Source: Mobula hypostoma (taxonomy: Eukaryota). From it: a stretch of 64,000 bases of DNA. Position 1 is the stretch's first letter. Each line of letters opens with the position of its first letter. This document shows, in pieces, positions 12,401 to 24,724 of this stretch. Below the pieces are notes generated by a model. It made no database searches. It saw only the letters and a list, made by a program, of their open reading frames with translations, and was not told the DNA's origin. The position numbers were made by a program, and so were the translations under genes. The stretch lies in contig NC_086097.1 of assembly GCF_963921235.1 (NCBI RefSeq), positions 180,050,001 to 180,114,000 of the forward strand. Direction: 5' to 3'.

Positions 12401-14110
12401 CGTTTTAGTTCCTGCCTAATGTCCTCATAATTTGTCCTACTCCAATTTATAACTTTCCCACAAAGCCCATACCTATCCTTATCTATAGCTATCCTGAAAG
12501 TTAGGGAGTTGTAGTCACTGTTCCCTAAATGTTGTCCCACTGAAAGGTCAGTCACCTGGCCAGACTTATCACCCAACACTTGGTCCAGTATGGCCCCACC
12601 TCTCGTTGGACCATCCACATATTGATTTAAGAAATCTTCCTGGATACACTTAACAAATTAAACCTCATTTAAACCCCTTGTACTAAGAAGGTCCCAGTAT
12701 ATATTAGGGAAATTGAAATCCCCCATGACAACAGCCCTACTATTTTTACACATTTCCTTAATCTGATTACATATCTATTCCTCAATGTCACAGTGGCTAT
12801 TGGGGGTCTGTAGTACAATCTCATCAGTGTGATTGCACCCTTCCTATTCCTGAGTTACACCCAAATGGACTCAGTGTCTGACCCCTCCATTACGTCTCCC
12901 CTGAGTGCGGTTGTGATACTGTCCCTGATTAGCAGTGCAACTCCACCCCCTCTTTTACTTCCTCCTCTTTCTTTTATAAAACTTTGAAAACCTGGTACAT
13001 TAATCACCCATTCCTGCCCCTCTCTCAACCAAGTTTCAGTAACGCCTATAACATCATAGTGCCGTGTATTGATCCATGCTCTAAGTTCATCACCTTTCCC
13101 CATAATACTCCTATCATTAAAATATACACACTTCAAACTATTCGGCCCATCATACCTGCTATTTCGATTTTGTCTTTTAATACTTTTCCTAACATCTACT
13201 TTCTGGTCCGATCCTTCCCTTACTGACTTGGGGCTCTGGTTCCAAGCCCCCTGCAAAACTAGTTTAACCTCTCCAAAGTAGCATCAGCAAACCTTGCAGC
13301 CAGGATATTGGTTCCCATCCAGTCAGGTGCAAACTGTCCCTCTTGTCCAGGTCACCCCTTTCTCAGAAAAGGTTCCAATGATCCAAGAACTTGAAACTCT
13401 GTTCCCTGCACCATCTCCTCAGCCACTCATTCATCCGTGCTATCACCCCATTCCTACCTGCACTAGCCCATGGCACAGGGAGTAATCCAGAGACTACAAT
13501 CTTGGAGGTCCTTCTCTTCACCCTCTTTCCTAACTATATGTACCCACTGCATTAGACCTCTTCCCCTTTTCTGCCTACATCATTGGTGCCAATATGCACC
13601 ATGACCTCTGGCCATTCCCCCTCCCCCTTGAGAATATCCTGCAGCCGCTCTGATACATCCTGGACCTTAGCACCCAGGAGGCAACTCACCATCCTGGTGT
13701 CTCTTTTGCAGCCACAGAATCTCCTTTCTGACCCCCTAACTAGGAAGTCCCCTATAGTTACTGCATTGCTTGACCTTACCCTTGCCGGCCACAGTGGGGC
13801 CCCAGGGGGATACTTGTTGCCGAGGGGAATGGTCACAGGGGAACTCTGCACTGACGTCTTAATCCCCTTACCTCTCCTGGTGGTCACTCATCTACTGCCT
13901 GAAGGCTGTACTCTGGGTGTGACCACCCCTTCAAAAGTCTTGTCTATAATATCTTCATCCACCTGAATGATGCTGAGTACATCCAACTCCAGCTCCAACT
14001 CCTTGACCCAGTCAGCCAGGCCCTGAAGTTGGGTGCATTTCCTGCGGAAATAGTCATCAGGGAAACCGTCAGATACCCCGAATTCCCAAATTGGACAGAA
14101 GGAGCCTGCA
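9500..14110 (-). mobile_element. Near full-length decayed CR1 (ORF1 zinc-finger/esterase, APE, RT), interrupted by an insertion at ~10715-11525
   Basis: ORF1: CPIWE..PDDY...KCTQLQ and IGDFLVRG..VHIGTNDVG (SGNH/GDSL esterase-like); APE: YFNDRSI, VTETWL, GGGVALLI, PTRGGAILD, LGNSDYN; RT: NYRPVSL, KFVDD. Confidence 0.9.
10715..11525 (-). mobile_element. Unclassified ~0.8-kb interspersed repeat nested in the CR1
   Basis: Splits the CR1 RT (..ctcttcacc | tcctcaaaaaactc..); a clearly related copy lies at ~30285-30950. Confidence 0.7.
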
Positions 14111-14340
14111 GCCATTGGACTCCTGGACCGGCTTCACTCGTCTCAGCACTGAACTGACTCTGTGGCTGTGGCCTGTGGCCATCGAGCTCTTGGATCAGCT
14201 TCACTCGGATCAGCACTGAACTGACTCTACTCGGATCAGCACTGAACTGACTCTATGGCTGTGGCCTGTAGCCATTGGGCTTCTGGACCGGCTTTACTCA
14301 GCTCGCTTTAACACTGAACTGACTCTGCAACTGTGGACTC
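14111..14340. repeat. Imperfect tandem repeats (cactgaactgactct..gctgtggcctg) within a repeat element
   Basis: Four copies of cactgaactgactct in ~200 bp. Confidence 0.6.
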
Positions 14341-14589
14341 ACTTTCACGTTCTGTCGTTACGTGTTTACTTGGTTTTTAATAGTTTGCATGATTTGTTCT
14401 CTATCGCACATTGAATGTTTGACAGTCTTTGTGTTGTGGGTTTTTTTGTGGATTTATTGTGTTTCTTTGTTTTGTGATTCTCAAGGTTTTATACAGTATA
14501 CATGGTTTGATAATAAATGTATTTTGCATTTTGAACTTTGTGGGCTGAAGGGCCAGTTCCTGTGCTGTACTGTTCTATGCTTTATGTTC

Positions 14590-16760
14590 AAGAAGGATTC
14601 CCGATGCAGTATGTAAACAGGCTGACTAGAGGAAAGGCCACACTAGGCAACGAACCAGATCTCTCAGTGCGTGAACATTTCAGAGACAGTGACCACAACT
14701 CCCTGACATTTACCATAGACTTCGACAGGGATGGGAACAGCGCTCTGGGGGAGGATAATTGTGATGCTATTAGGCAGGACCTTAGCAATGTAAATTGGAA
14801 CTGGAAGTACACAGGGAAATGCACAATGGAAATGTGGAAGATGCTTAGAGGGCACTTGCATGGCGTTCTGGATAGGTATGTTCCATTTGTTGGGTGAAGG
14901 AACCATGGTTGGCTAGAGATGTGGAACATCTGGTCAAAAGGAAGAAAGAAACATTCGTAATGTTTAGGAAGCAAGGGCTCTTAAGAGTTACAAGGTGGCC
15001 AGAAAGAAGCTTGACAATGGACTTTGGAGAACTAGATGGGGAATTGAGAAGCCCGTAGTGAGTAGGTTTAAGGAAAACCCCAAGGCATTCTACACATACG
15101 TTCCACACAATCTACACTAGATTGAGAGTAGGACCGATCAGGGATAGAAGAGGAAACCTGTGCCTGGAGTTGAAGGAGGTAGGGGAGATCTTCAATGAAT
15201 ACTTTGCTTCAGTATTCAGAGAGAGGGATCTTGTCAAATGTGATATCAGTGTAGAGCAGGCTGATATGCTGGAACTTGCCAATGTTAAGAAAGAGAATGT
15301 GCTGGAGCTTTTCAAAGGCTATACAAAACATACTCAGGGTTACTACAGGAAATGAGGGAAGAGTTTGCTGTGCCTTTAGTGATGATCTTTGCATCCTCAC
15401 TAGCCACAGGTGTAGCACCAGAAGACTGGAGGGTGGCAAATGTTATTCCTTTGTTCAAGGAAAGAATTAGGGATAACGCTGGAAATTATAGACCAGTGAA
15501 TTTTATGTCAGTCTTGGCAAACTATTGGAGAGAATTCTTAGAAACAGGATTTACAAACATTTGAAGAAACATAGTCTGATTAGAATTAGTCCACATGGCT
15601 TTGTGAGGGGCAGGTCATGCCTCACAAGATTGATTGAATTCTTTGAGGAAGTGGCAAAATAAATTGATGAAGGCAGATCAGTTTATGCGGTTTATATACA
15701 TTTTAGTGAGGCATTTGACAAGGTTCCCCATGGCAGGCTCACTCAGAAAGTCAAGAGGCATGTGATCCAGGGAAATGTGGCTGCATGGATTCAGAATTGG
15801 CTTGCCTACAAAAGGCAGAGGGTTGTAGTAGATGACGCGTATTCTGCCTGGAGGTCAGGGACAAGTGGTGTTCTGCATGGATCTGTTCTGAGACCCTTAA
15901 TGGGAACCCGAAAGGTGGGTAGGTAAGTTTGCGGATGACACAAAGGTTGGTGGTGTCGTGGATAGTGCAGAAGGTTGTCATAGGTTATAATTGGCCACTG
16001 ATAGGATACAGAACTGGGCTGAGAATTGGTGGGTGAAGACCATTCCGGAAAAGTGTGAATGGCAGAATACAAGGTTAATGGCAAGATTCTCAGCAATGTG
16101 GGAGAACAAATGGATCTTGGGGTCCTCGACCATAGCAGCACAGGCTGATAGGGTGGATAGGATGTGTATGATATGTTGGCCTTCATTAGTTCAGGGATTG
16201 AGTTCAAGAGCCACAAGGTAATGCTGCAACTCTATAAGACTCTAGTTAGACCAAACTTGGAGTATTGTGTTCAGTCCTGGTCATCCCATTATAGGAGGGT
16301 TCTGGAAGCTTTAGAGAGGGTGCAGAGGAGATTTACCAGGATACTGCCTGGATTAGAGAGAGTGTTTTATGAGGAAAGGTTGAGTGAGCTAGGGTTTGTC
16401 TCTTTTGAGTGAAGGAGTATAAGAGGTGACCTGATAAGGATGTACAAGATAATATGAGACATAGAAAGAATGGACAGCCTGCACCTTTGTATCAAGGTGT
16501 AAATAGCTAATACAAGAGGGCATAATTTCAAGGTGATTGGAGGAAAGTATGGGGGGGATGTCAGATGTAATTTTTACACAGAAAATAGTGGGTGTGTAAA
16601 ATGCACTGCCAGGGGTGGTAGTAGAAGCAGATACATTAGGGACGTTTAAGAGACTCTCAGATGGGCACATGGATAAAAGAAGAATGGAAGGTTATGTGGG
16701 GGGAAGGGTTAAATTGATCTTAGAGAAGATTAAATGGTCAGCACAACATTATAGGTCAAA
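14590..16760 (+). mobile_element. Decayed CR1 ORF2 (APE end, RT, 3' end)
   Basis: EHFRDSDHN, PEDWRVANVIPLFK, NYRPV, FADD, LYKTLVRPNLEYC. Confidence 0.9.
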
Positions 16761-17649
16761 GATACAGTGTCTTGCATATTGTTTATAGAGATCAAATCAT
16801 TATACAGCACATGGAGCTAGATTAAGGTAAAACAATAACAACACAGGATAATGTGTAAAAGCTACTGGAAATATCCAGTGTAGGTAAACAAGTACAAGAT
16901 AATAGTGAGCTAGGTTGTGAGGCCAAGAGTTCATCTTATCACACAAGAGGCCCATTCAAGGCCATCTTACATGCAGGTAGAATGTTTTCTATGGTGCATC
17001 AGTAAACATTGATGTAAACGGGAGCATATGAACCACACCTCCACCCCCCTTTCTGAAGTCAATCTCCAGCTCTATTATTTTGTAGACATTGTTGTCATGC
17101 CACCTTGTCACTAAGCTCTCTATCACCTCCCTGTACTCAGACTCATAATTTATTTGATATGTAGCCCACTACTGTGGTATCAGCTTCAAACTTGTGAAGT
17201 TGTCAGCGTACAGGGAGTAGAGTAGGGGGCTGTGGAGCACCAGTGTTTAGAATAAGTGTGACTCGAGGTGTTGCTACCTATCCTTACTGACTGCAGTCTG
17301 TTGGTCAGAAGGATTATCTGTATGGATGGCAAGGAAAACAATCTTTTTTACTGTACATGTGGCAATAATAAATCAATTTACAGTTTACAATTTAAGGAGG
17401 GGAAGGAGTTTAAAGGAGACGTGTGGAGCAAGTTTTTTTTTACACAGAGAATAATGGCTACCAAGGGTAGTAATGAAAGCAAATATTTTAGTGAGAGTAA
17501 GAGTCAGCTAGACACATGAATAGGCAGGGAATGGAAGGATATAGACCCTGGAAAAGGGATGAGTTAGGTTAACATCATGGTCGGCACAGACACTGTGGGC
17601 CGAATGGCCTGTTCCTGCGCTAGTCTATGTCCTGTATTACCTGCCTACC

Positions 17650-18350
17650 CAGATTGTACAGAGTTCCAAACTGTTCTGACCAATCGTGATGGGGCCGTCG
17701 GGAGCGAGCCTAGCGCGTCCCCGGTGTGGCGGCGGGAGCGCGCTTCCCGGTGCAGCAAGTGTCGCCTACCCGCAACGGGGTGTTGGTGCACACGCAACGA
17801 TTTCGGGTGGGGTCGGGGGCGAGCTCGTCTGCTCGAGTATGTGTCGGGGACGCGCTGCCTGGGTTCCAATGAACCTCGGAGTCGCGTTCTAGTGTGGAGT
17901 GGGTGCCGGAGGTGCGCTCTGGGCTGGAGCGCTCGGGGACGCGCGCGGGTTGCTGTCGCTGACAGTACGGGTGCGGGAGCCGGCCTCCGCGTCCCCGACA
18001 CCGCCCGGCGGATTGCGACATCATGTCTTTCAAGGTAATGCTGCGTGTTCCGGATGGCTGGCAGCACAGCCTCAAGTTACGGACCTTTCAGCAGCTGCCG
18101 TTAGTGGAGCATCTGCGCTTTCAACCCATGATGCGTGTCCTTGGGGTCGCTAAGAGTTCATTGCGGGTCCCTGAGGCCGTTGCGGATTCACTGTGGGGTG
18201 GGGTGGGGGTTTGCTGCGGGGTCCCGGGGGTTGGTGCGGTATCGTGTTTCACGCTGCTGCTGCGGTTACATTGCGTGTTGCGTGAGGGCTTCGGGGCTAG
18301 GCTGTACAGGGATATCAGTGTGGGCAGAATTGCCGGGCCCATCTGTCGAT
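17650..18350. promoter_or_regulatory. CpG island / promoter and 5' UTR of ANKRD29
   Basis: Abrupt local rise in GC and CpG (cgcgcg, gccggc, cccggcgg) in an otherwise CpG-depleted window; it encloses the first coding exon. Boundaries approximate. Confidence 0.85.
18023..18034 (+). CDS. ANKRD29: ANKRD29 coding exon 1 (MSFK)
   Basis: acATCATGTCTTTCAAG|gtaatg: ATG with A at -3, followed by a GT donor. MSFK matches the N-terminus of vertebrate ANKRD29 (human MCRMSFK|KETPLANA). Confidence 0.88.
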
Positions 18351-19584
18351 CTGATGGAAGAGGGGGTTGCAAATGTCAGAGTCTGGGGATGAAGCCCATA
18401 GTCCCATGAATGGGACGGCGCAAGTGGAGAGGGAGTAAAGAAGATGCACAAAACATAAATTGTAGTTAAATTATACATGTAAGAGAAGAGAAAAGAAATG
18501 TGAAAAATGTGTAAAAAAGACACAATCAGACACAAGTCCTAGTTAGTGAAAGAGCTGGTCAATAGGGTTCTGCTGCTGAGGTAGGTTGTGCAGGTAGGCT
18601 CAAGAACCCAATAACTGAAGGTGCTGGGGGACTTCTGTACCTCCTGCTTGATGGTACCTTTGGCATAGTCTGGATGGTGGGGATCTTTGATGATGCCGCC
18701 TTCTTGAGGAAGCGCTCCCCATCGATGCTGTCAGTGGTAGGGAGAGCTGTGCCTGTGATGGATTGGGCTGTGCCCTCTACTCTCTGCAGCCTCTTGTGTT
18801 CCTGTGGTTGGGATTCCTGTTACAGGCTGTGATGCAACCGGTCAGGATGCTCTCCATCTGTAGAATCCTCTGTCACCTCCATTCCCATTCATTCAACCTG
18901 TCTCTGCCCTGTATAACCTGAACTTCAGTCTACATTGGTAGGATAACAGGGATCAAGGATGGACTGCGGATGTACCGAAGGCTTACTTTTGTCTTGCACG
19001 TCAATAATAGCTTTTGTTTACCTGCCATCCAGATAGCCCACTTCAAAACATCAAAAGGAAAAGCAGTAACACAATGCAGAATAAAGTGTTATAGAGAAAG
19101 TGCAGTGCACATAGACAAAAAAGTGTAGGGGCCATAACAAGTTAAATTGAGAGGTTGGGAGTCCATTTCATCAATCTAGGGGATCATTCAATAGCTTTTT
19201 AACAGTGGGGTGTGCTGGAGGGTGTCCTTGAGTTTAATGGTATGTGCTTTTGGGCTTTTGTTTTTTCTTCCTGATAGGAGGGGAGAAGAGAGAATATCTG
19301 CAGTGTATGGGGTTTTAGGTTATGCTAGCTACTTTGCTGAAGCAGCGGCAAGTGTAGACAGAAACTGTGGTGGAGGGGTTGGTGCTCCATGAGTGCTTGC
19401 TGTTTTCAGAGTAATCCAGGTCTTGCTCTGATTTCTAACGTGGCACTAATCACTAATGCACATAAAAACAAACCTGCATGTTAAAAAGCTGATGACACAG
19501 GCAACTGGAAACTGATTTGCTATATCCTCAATTCCAAGGTGATTCAAGTCCGTTTTAATTCACTGTTGTATTATAGTGATGAAA

Positions 19585-20205
19585 AGCATATGGCAAGCTG
19601 CCTTATTAGCCAAGGTACTAAGTTCAAGAGTTAAGAAGTTATCTTGCAGCTTTATAAAGCTCTAGTTAGTCCAGATCTGGAGTACTGCATTCAGATCTGG
19701 TTCCCCCCACTCCAATATAGGAAGGATATGGGAGCTTTGGAGAGGGTGCAGAAGAGGTTCACCAGTATGTTTCCTGGATTAGAGGGCATGAGCTATAAGG
19801 AGAAGATGGATATACTTGGGTTGTTTTCTCTGGAGCAGTGGAGACTGAGGGGAACCTGATAGAGGTTTATAAGATTATGAGAGGCATAGACAGGGTAGAG
19901 AGCCAATAGATTTTTTCCATGATTAATACCAGAGGGCATGCATTTAAAGTGAGAGGGGGTAAGTTGAAAGGAGACATGAAGGGTAAGTTTTTACACAGAG
20001 TGGTGGGTGCCTGGGGTTGTGGTTGAAGCAGATACAATAGAAACATTCAAGAGACTCTCAGGTAGGCACATGAAATTGTAGAGAATGGGGGGATATGGAC
20101 AGAAGGGATTAGTCTGGTTAGATATTTGATTACTAATGTATGGTAGTTAGTTCAGCAGAACATTGTGAGCCCAAGGGCCTGTTTCTGTGCTGTACTGTTC
20201 CACTG
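19585..20205 (+). mobile_element. CR1 3' fragment just upstream of exon 2
   Basis: LYKALVSPDLEYCIQIW, LERVQKRFT, CR1-type 3' end (agggcctgtttctgtgctgtactgttc). Confidence 0.85.
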
Positions 20206-20255
20206 TATGTTTTATCTATTTCAGTACTGAAACTGAACCTGTATTTTTCCAACAG

Positions 20256-20366
20256 AGGGAAATGCCACTTGCAAACGCTGTGTTCTGGACGGCACGGAAA
20301 GGAAATGCCACCCTGTTGAGGCTGCTTCTAAACAGTGGTCGAACAGATGCAGACTGCAGAGACAGT
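20256..20366 (+). CDS. ANKRD29: ANKRD29 coding exon 2 (REMPLANAVFWTARKGNATLLRLLLNSGRTDADCRDS)
   Basis: tttttccaacag| ... |gtatgc; 111 nt, phase 0; peptide matches ANKRD29 KETPLANAAFWAARRGNLALLKLLLNSGRVDVDCRDS. Confidence 0.95.
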
Positions 20367-20527
20367 GTATGCTTTTCGAATGCGTGTGTATCCTGCGATC
20401 ATCATGGGGGGGGGGGCTTCACAGCACAGCCTTCAAACTGCAGACACTTTTCACTGCACGTCCTGTATCAGTAAGTGGCCCAGACTGTAACTGATCCTGA
20501 TCATCAGCAATATTTTCTCATTGACAG

Positions 20528-20626
20528 CTTGGGACAACCGCTCTGATGGTGGCTTCATACTGCAATCACATGGACTGTGTTCGGGAGCTGATCCTACAGG
20601 GAGCAGGCATTAACATCCAAAGGGAG
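20528..20626 (+). CDS. ANKRD29: ANKRD29 coding exon 3 (LGTTALMVASYCNHMDCVRELILQGAGINIQRE)
   Basis: ttctcattgacag| ... |gtaatg; 99 nt, one ankyrin repeat; not present in the ORF track, found by manual translation. Confidence 0.95.
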
Positions 20627-22298
20627 GTAATGCGTACTACTGGGCAGACGTATCCCGAAACGGGAATGTAACTGGGTAAAATGGAGAGCGAGAACAAGGT
20701 TCAACATAGTTGGAGTTGTTTTCAGCCATACAATGACCAGTTTTGCTGGTCTTGAACTGGGGGAAGGGTGGTGGAGTGATTGGGCTTTCAAAACCATATG
20801 ATTGAGTTTTCTGAGGAGTTGAGAAAGGTAGAGCAATGGATGTTGTCCACATTGACTTTAGTAAGACATTTGACTAGGTCCCTCATAGGAGGTTCATCCA
20901 GAAGGTTGAGGTGCATGGGATTCACAGTCGTTGGCCATTTGGATTCAGATTCATTTTGGCTTGCCTATTGACCACAGGGTAATGTTAGAAGGGTCTTATT
21001 CTGGCTAGAAGTCTGTGACTAATGGTGTTCAACAGTTCAAGTTCAAAATCAAATTTAATTGTCATTCAACCAAACACATGAATAAAACCAAACAAAACAG
21101 CGTCCCTCTGGGCCCAAGGTGCAAAGCAAGAACCGACAGTCACACACAGTACGCAGCACATATAGCACATGTAATTGAGACAGGAGAAAAACATACAGTT
21201 ACAACATTATAATATTAAAAAATAAAATGAATCCATAGGGATTCATAATGCGACCTCTGCTATTTGTGATACGTACAATACACAGTAAGTTTGCAGGGTG
21301 GTGGTGTTGTAGGTAATAAAAAATATTGTCAAAGTATATTGTGAGATAAAGATCAGTTGCAGATATAGGCAAAGAAATGGCAAACTGAGGTTCATCCAGA
21401 CAAGTGTGATATGTACTTTGGGAGATCAAATGTAAAGAGAAAGTACACAGTTAATGGCAGGAGCCTTAACTGTATTGATGTACAGAAGCCTGCCCTCAGT
21501 GTAGGTCCTGGGGTGAAAATGACCTTTCCCCTGGTTCCTGTAGCTGCCTTTGATATCCCACTCCATATCTGCACCATCCAATAGGAGGAGAAGATCCCCT
21601 GCTGGAATTTGGTGTGGAGAAGGAAGGCCTACTAGCTCAAGGGCAAGCTTGTGCAAAGTGCAGACCACAGGACAGGTTGCTGTGAGCTGCAGATTCACCC
21701 TCAGAGAATACAGTCTGGCTGTGAATGCCTCTTTCAGGTAATTTTATGTTGGGGAAAGCAATCCTGTTTTTTTTTAAAAAAGCCAGTTGTCCTGGGAGTA
21801 AATGGAGAGCTGACTTTCAGACACTGGAGACACGTCAAAGGTTCATAAACACGAGGAAGTCTGCAGATGCTGGAAATCCAAAGCAACACACACAAAATGC
21901 TGGAGGGGTTCAGCAGGTCAGGCAGCATCTATGAAAATGAATAAATAGTCAACATTTTGGGCTGAGACTCTTGTTTTGCATTCCATCCATACAGATAATT
22001 TCATCACGAAGGTGCATTCAGGTAGTACAAGGAAAAGCCGTAGCAGATTGCAGAATAGGGTGTTACAGTTACAGAGATGGTGTAGTGCAGGCTAACAATG
22101 ATGAACAAGGGCCACAATGAGGTAGGTTGTGAGATAAGATGTTCCTCTTGAGTGTAAAGAGTTCCATTCAATAGTCTTATAATAGGAGGGTAGAAGCTGT
22201 CCTCGAGTCTGGTTGTATGTGCTTTCAGATTTGACAGAATATGTGGGATTTTTTTTTCAACCAAAAGCAGTTTCTGATGCTGGCAAAAGTCCAGGGTT

Positions 22299-22403
22299 AA
22301 GTTTCCCGTGGGATGTTGAGGTATGACTGGTGAAAGTTTCCCGTGGGGTGTTGAGGTATGAGTGGTGAAAGTTCCCCGTGGGGTGTTGGGGTATGAGTGG
22401 CGA
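22299..22403. repeat. 35-bp minisatellite, ~3 copies
   Basis: aagtttcccgtgggRtgttgaggtatgaStggtga repeated three times with few mismatches. Confidence 0.9.
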
Positions 22404-22605
22404 GGAACTTCACCCAGGCTCAGCTGCACAGTAGAAGCCAGACATACAAGGAAATGCAGATTACATTAATATGGAGGAAGGTCTGGGGAGTTCATGGGTT
22501 CCATGTACAATGGCTGAGCATCAGAAACTGATTTTCCTCTGATGGGCTGCAGGCAGATCAGGTGACAGCCTGGTTCCTGATCTTCTGCCAGAGTTATGGC
22601 TGAAT

Positions 22606-22661
22606 CTCAGGAAATTCCCAGGACGTTCCCAGGAAATTCCCAGGACATTCCCAGGAAATTT
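22606..22661. repeat. 11-bp tandem repeat (cccaggaMRtt) x5
   Basis: caggaaattcccaggacgttcccaggaaattcccaggacattcccaggaaatt. Confidence 0.85.
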
Positions 22662-22821
22662 AGAGGACATGGCTGGGTGCGAGGAAATTATCCGTCGGTA
22701 CAAAATTAAGTTAGCACTTGCAACTGGAAGGAAGATGATTCACCCAGCACATGTTGACAGTGATGATGGTGAGTGGGAGGTGCTTCATGTTGAGTGAATT
22801 AATTCCCTTTTATCTCCTCAG

Positions 22822-22920
22822 TCAGGCTCCACTGCTCTGTACTTTGCTGCTCAACAAGGGAACAATGCGATTGTGAAATTCCTGTTGGAGTATGGGGCCT
22901 CGACAGAGCTATCGACCAAA
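22822..22920 (+). CDS. ANKRD29: ANKRD29 coding exon 4 (SGSTALYFAAQQGNNAIVKFLLEYGASTELSTK)
   Basis: tatctcctcag| ... |gtaaga; 99 nt ankyrin repeat; not present in the ORF track. Confidence 0.95.
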
Positions 22921-22971
22921 GTAAGAGAGACAACAATCTGCAAACATTGAGACACTCACCATTATAGATCA

Positions 22972-23044
22972 TACAGTACTGTGCAAAGGTCTTGGAGGTC
23001 GATCTATCTACCCAGGGTGCCTCAGACTTTTGCACAGCTCTGTA
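22972..23044. mobile_element. ~70-bp Tc1-like hairpin MITE (second copy ~23440-23511)
   Basis: TA-cagtactgtgcaaaggtct ... agacttttgcacagctctg-TA inverted repeat bounded by TA. Confidence 0.65.
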
Positions 23045-24724
23045 TTTGTCAACATGGAGCAGAGAACGAGTTTGTAAACCTGGCGGGAGCAAAGGGTACT
23101 GGGAATGACACAGGAGGGGTGTGGGACAGGTGGCAGAGGAAGGGTGCCACTGGCGGGGGTGGTATGGGTACAGACACACCCATCCCTGAAACACCAGGCA
23201 AAGGCCATTTGATTCCAAACAATTGATTTATTAATCATTACAGAATGTCTGTCTGTAGCTTCTTGCTGTTTGTCCTCTCCCTTCCCCTTTTCCCTACCAT
23301 AATTCCCCTCTCCCTGACCCCTTCCTACTCTCAGTCCACAATAGAGACCCAAATCAGAATCAGGTTTACCATCACTCACATAGGTCATGAAATTTCAGGG
23401 TTTTTACAGCAGCAGCAGTACGGTGCAATACATAAAATTACTACAGCACTGTGCGAAAGTCTTGGGCAGTCTAGCTATATATATGTGTCTTACACTTCTT
23501 CATAGTTCTGTAAATTGATTTATGATTGTTATATGTAGCAAGGTACAGTGAAAAACTTGTCATGTGTAAAGTTCATACAAATCAATTCGTTACTTCAGTA
23601 CATTGAGGTAGTACAAGGTAAAACAATAACAGAATGCAGAATAAAGTGTTACAGTTACAGAGAATGCACAGTGCAAGTAAGCAATAGAGTGTAGGGCCAT
23701 AACACAGTAGATTGTGAGGTCAATTGTCTATCTTACTGTACTAGGAGATTGTTCAGTATAATAGCAGGTTAGAAACTGTCCTTGAGGCCGGTCATACGAG
23801 CTTTCAGAATTTTGTGCCGTCTGCTGAATGGGAGAGGTTATAGACAGTCCAGGGAAGGAAGGCTGGTTTCCATGTGTCCAGAACTCTGTACAGTATTGGG
23901 CAGAGCAGTTGTCATACCAAGCCATGACTTATCTGGATAGGCTGCTTTCACTGGTGCAAGCACAGGGTGGTGAAAGAGTGCAGGAATTGGGAGGTTATTG
24001 TTTAGTTGTTATGCGGGTTGGTGGTTTAATTGTCCACTCTAAATTGCCAACCTCCCCCCACCCATGTATAGAAGGGAGGTGTAATCTGGGGGCCATTGAT
24101 GGACATCTGAGAGAGAGTGGGGTTAGAGAAATAACTGGGAGAATGGGATTTCTCTGAGAGCTAGCATAGACTGGATGCACTGAATGGCCTCCCATGACAA
24201 AAGCTTGGGAGTAAAGCTGCCAACGGGGTATGCACTGGTCTGTGATGGAAAAAGTGCCCCCTCCCTTCCCCAGTTTAAATGCAAAGCCTCCCATAAAGTG
24301 AAAAGCAGAGACTTGAGTCTGATTGTTATGTTCCAGTTAAGGTGACTCCCACCCTTCTTTACTCACCCTGACTGCCGTAAACACCCATCCTGGCCTGCCT
24401 TTGAACGTAGGTAGTCAATATTCCTCTTCTGCATGCATCAGATCTTCACCTCTGTCAGTGAGCGACATGATCTCTGATCCACAGGAGTAGGAGTTTCTTC
24501 TGAACTTCATGCCCCTTGACCTCTCTCCATATCAGACTCTGTGGCTGTCAGTGGGATTCCTTCCACAAGAGGATTCTCGTTGGTTGGTGTAGTCTCATGG
24601 TGATGAACGGTCTCCCTTCATGCTGTATGATGGCATGATTGAGTTTACAAAATGAAGTCACTCTCCTCTGTCCGTTCTACCACTTTGAAACTGTTAAAAT
24701 TATATCAGCTGCATCTTCTGCTCA

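Noticed and set aside
17577..18409. Overlapping 120-150 aa ORFs on both strands
   Set aside because: Artefact of GC-rich CpG-island DNA with few stop codons; only MSFK followed by a donor site matches a known protein.
22299..22403. 35-bp repeats as a CRISPR array
   Set aside because: Head-to-tail copies with no unique spacers and no cas genes; eukaryotic DNA.
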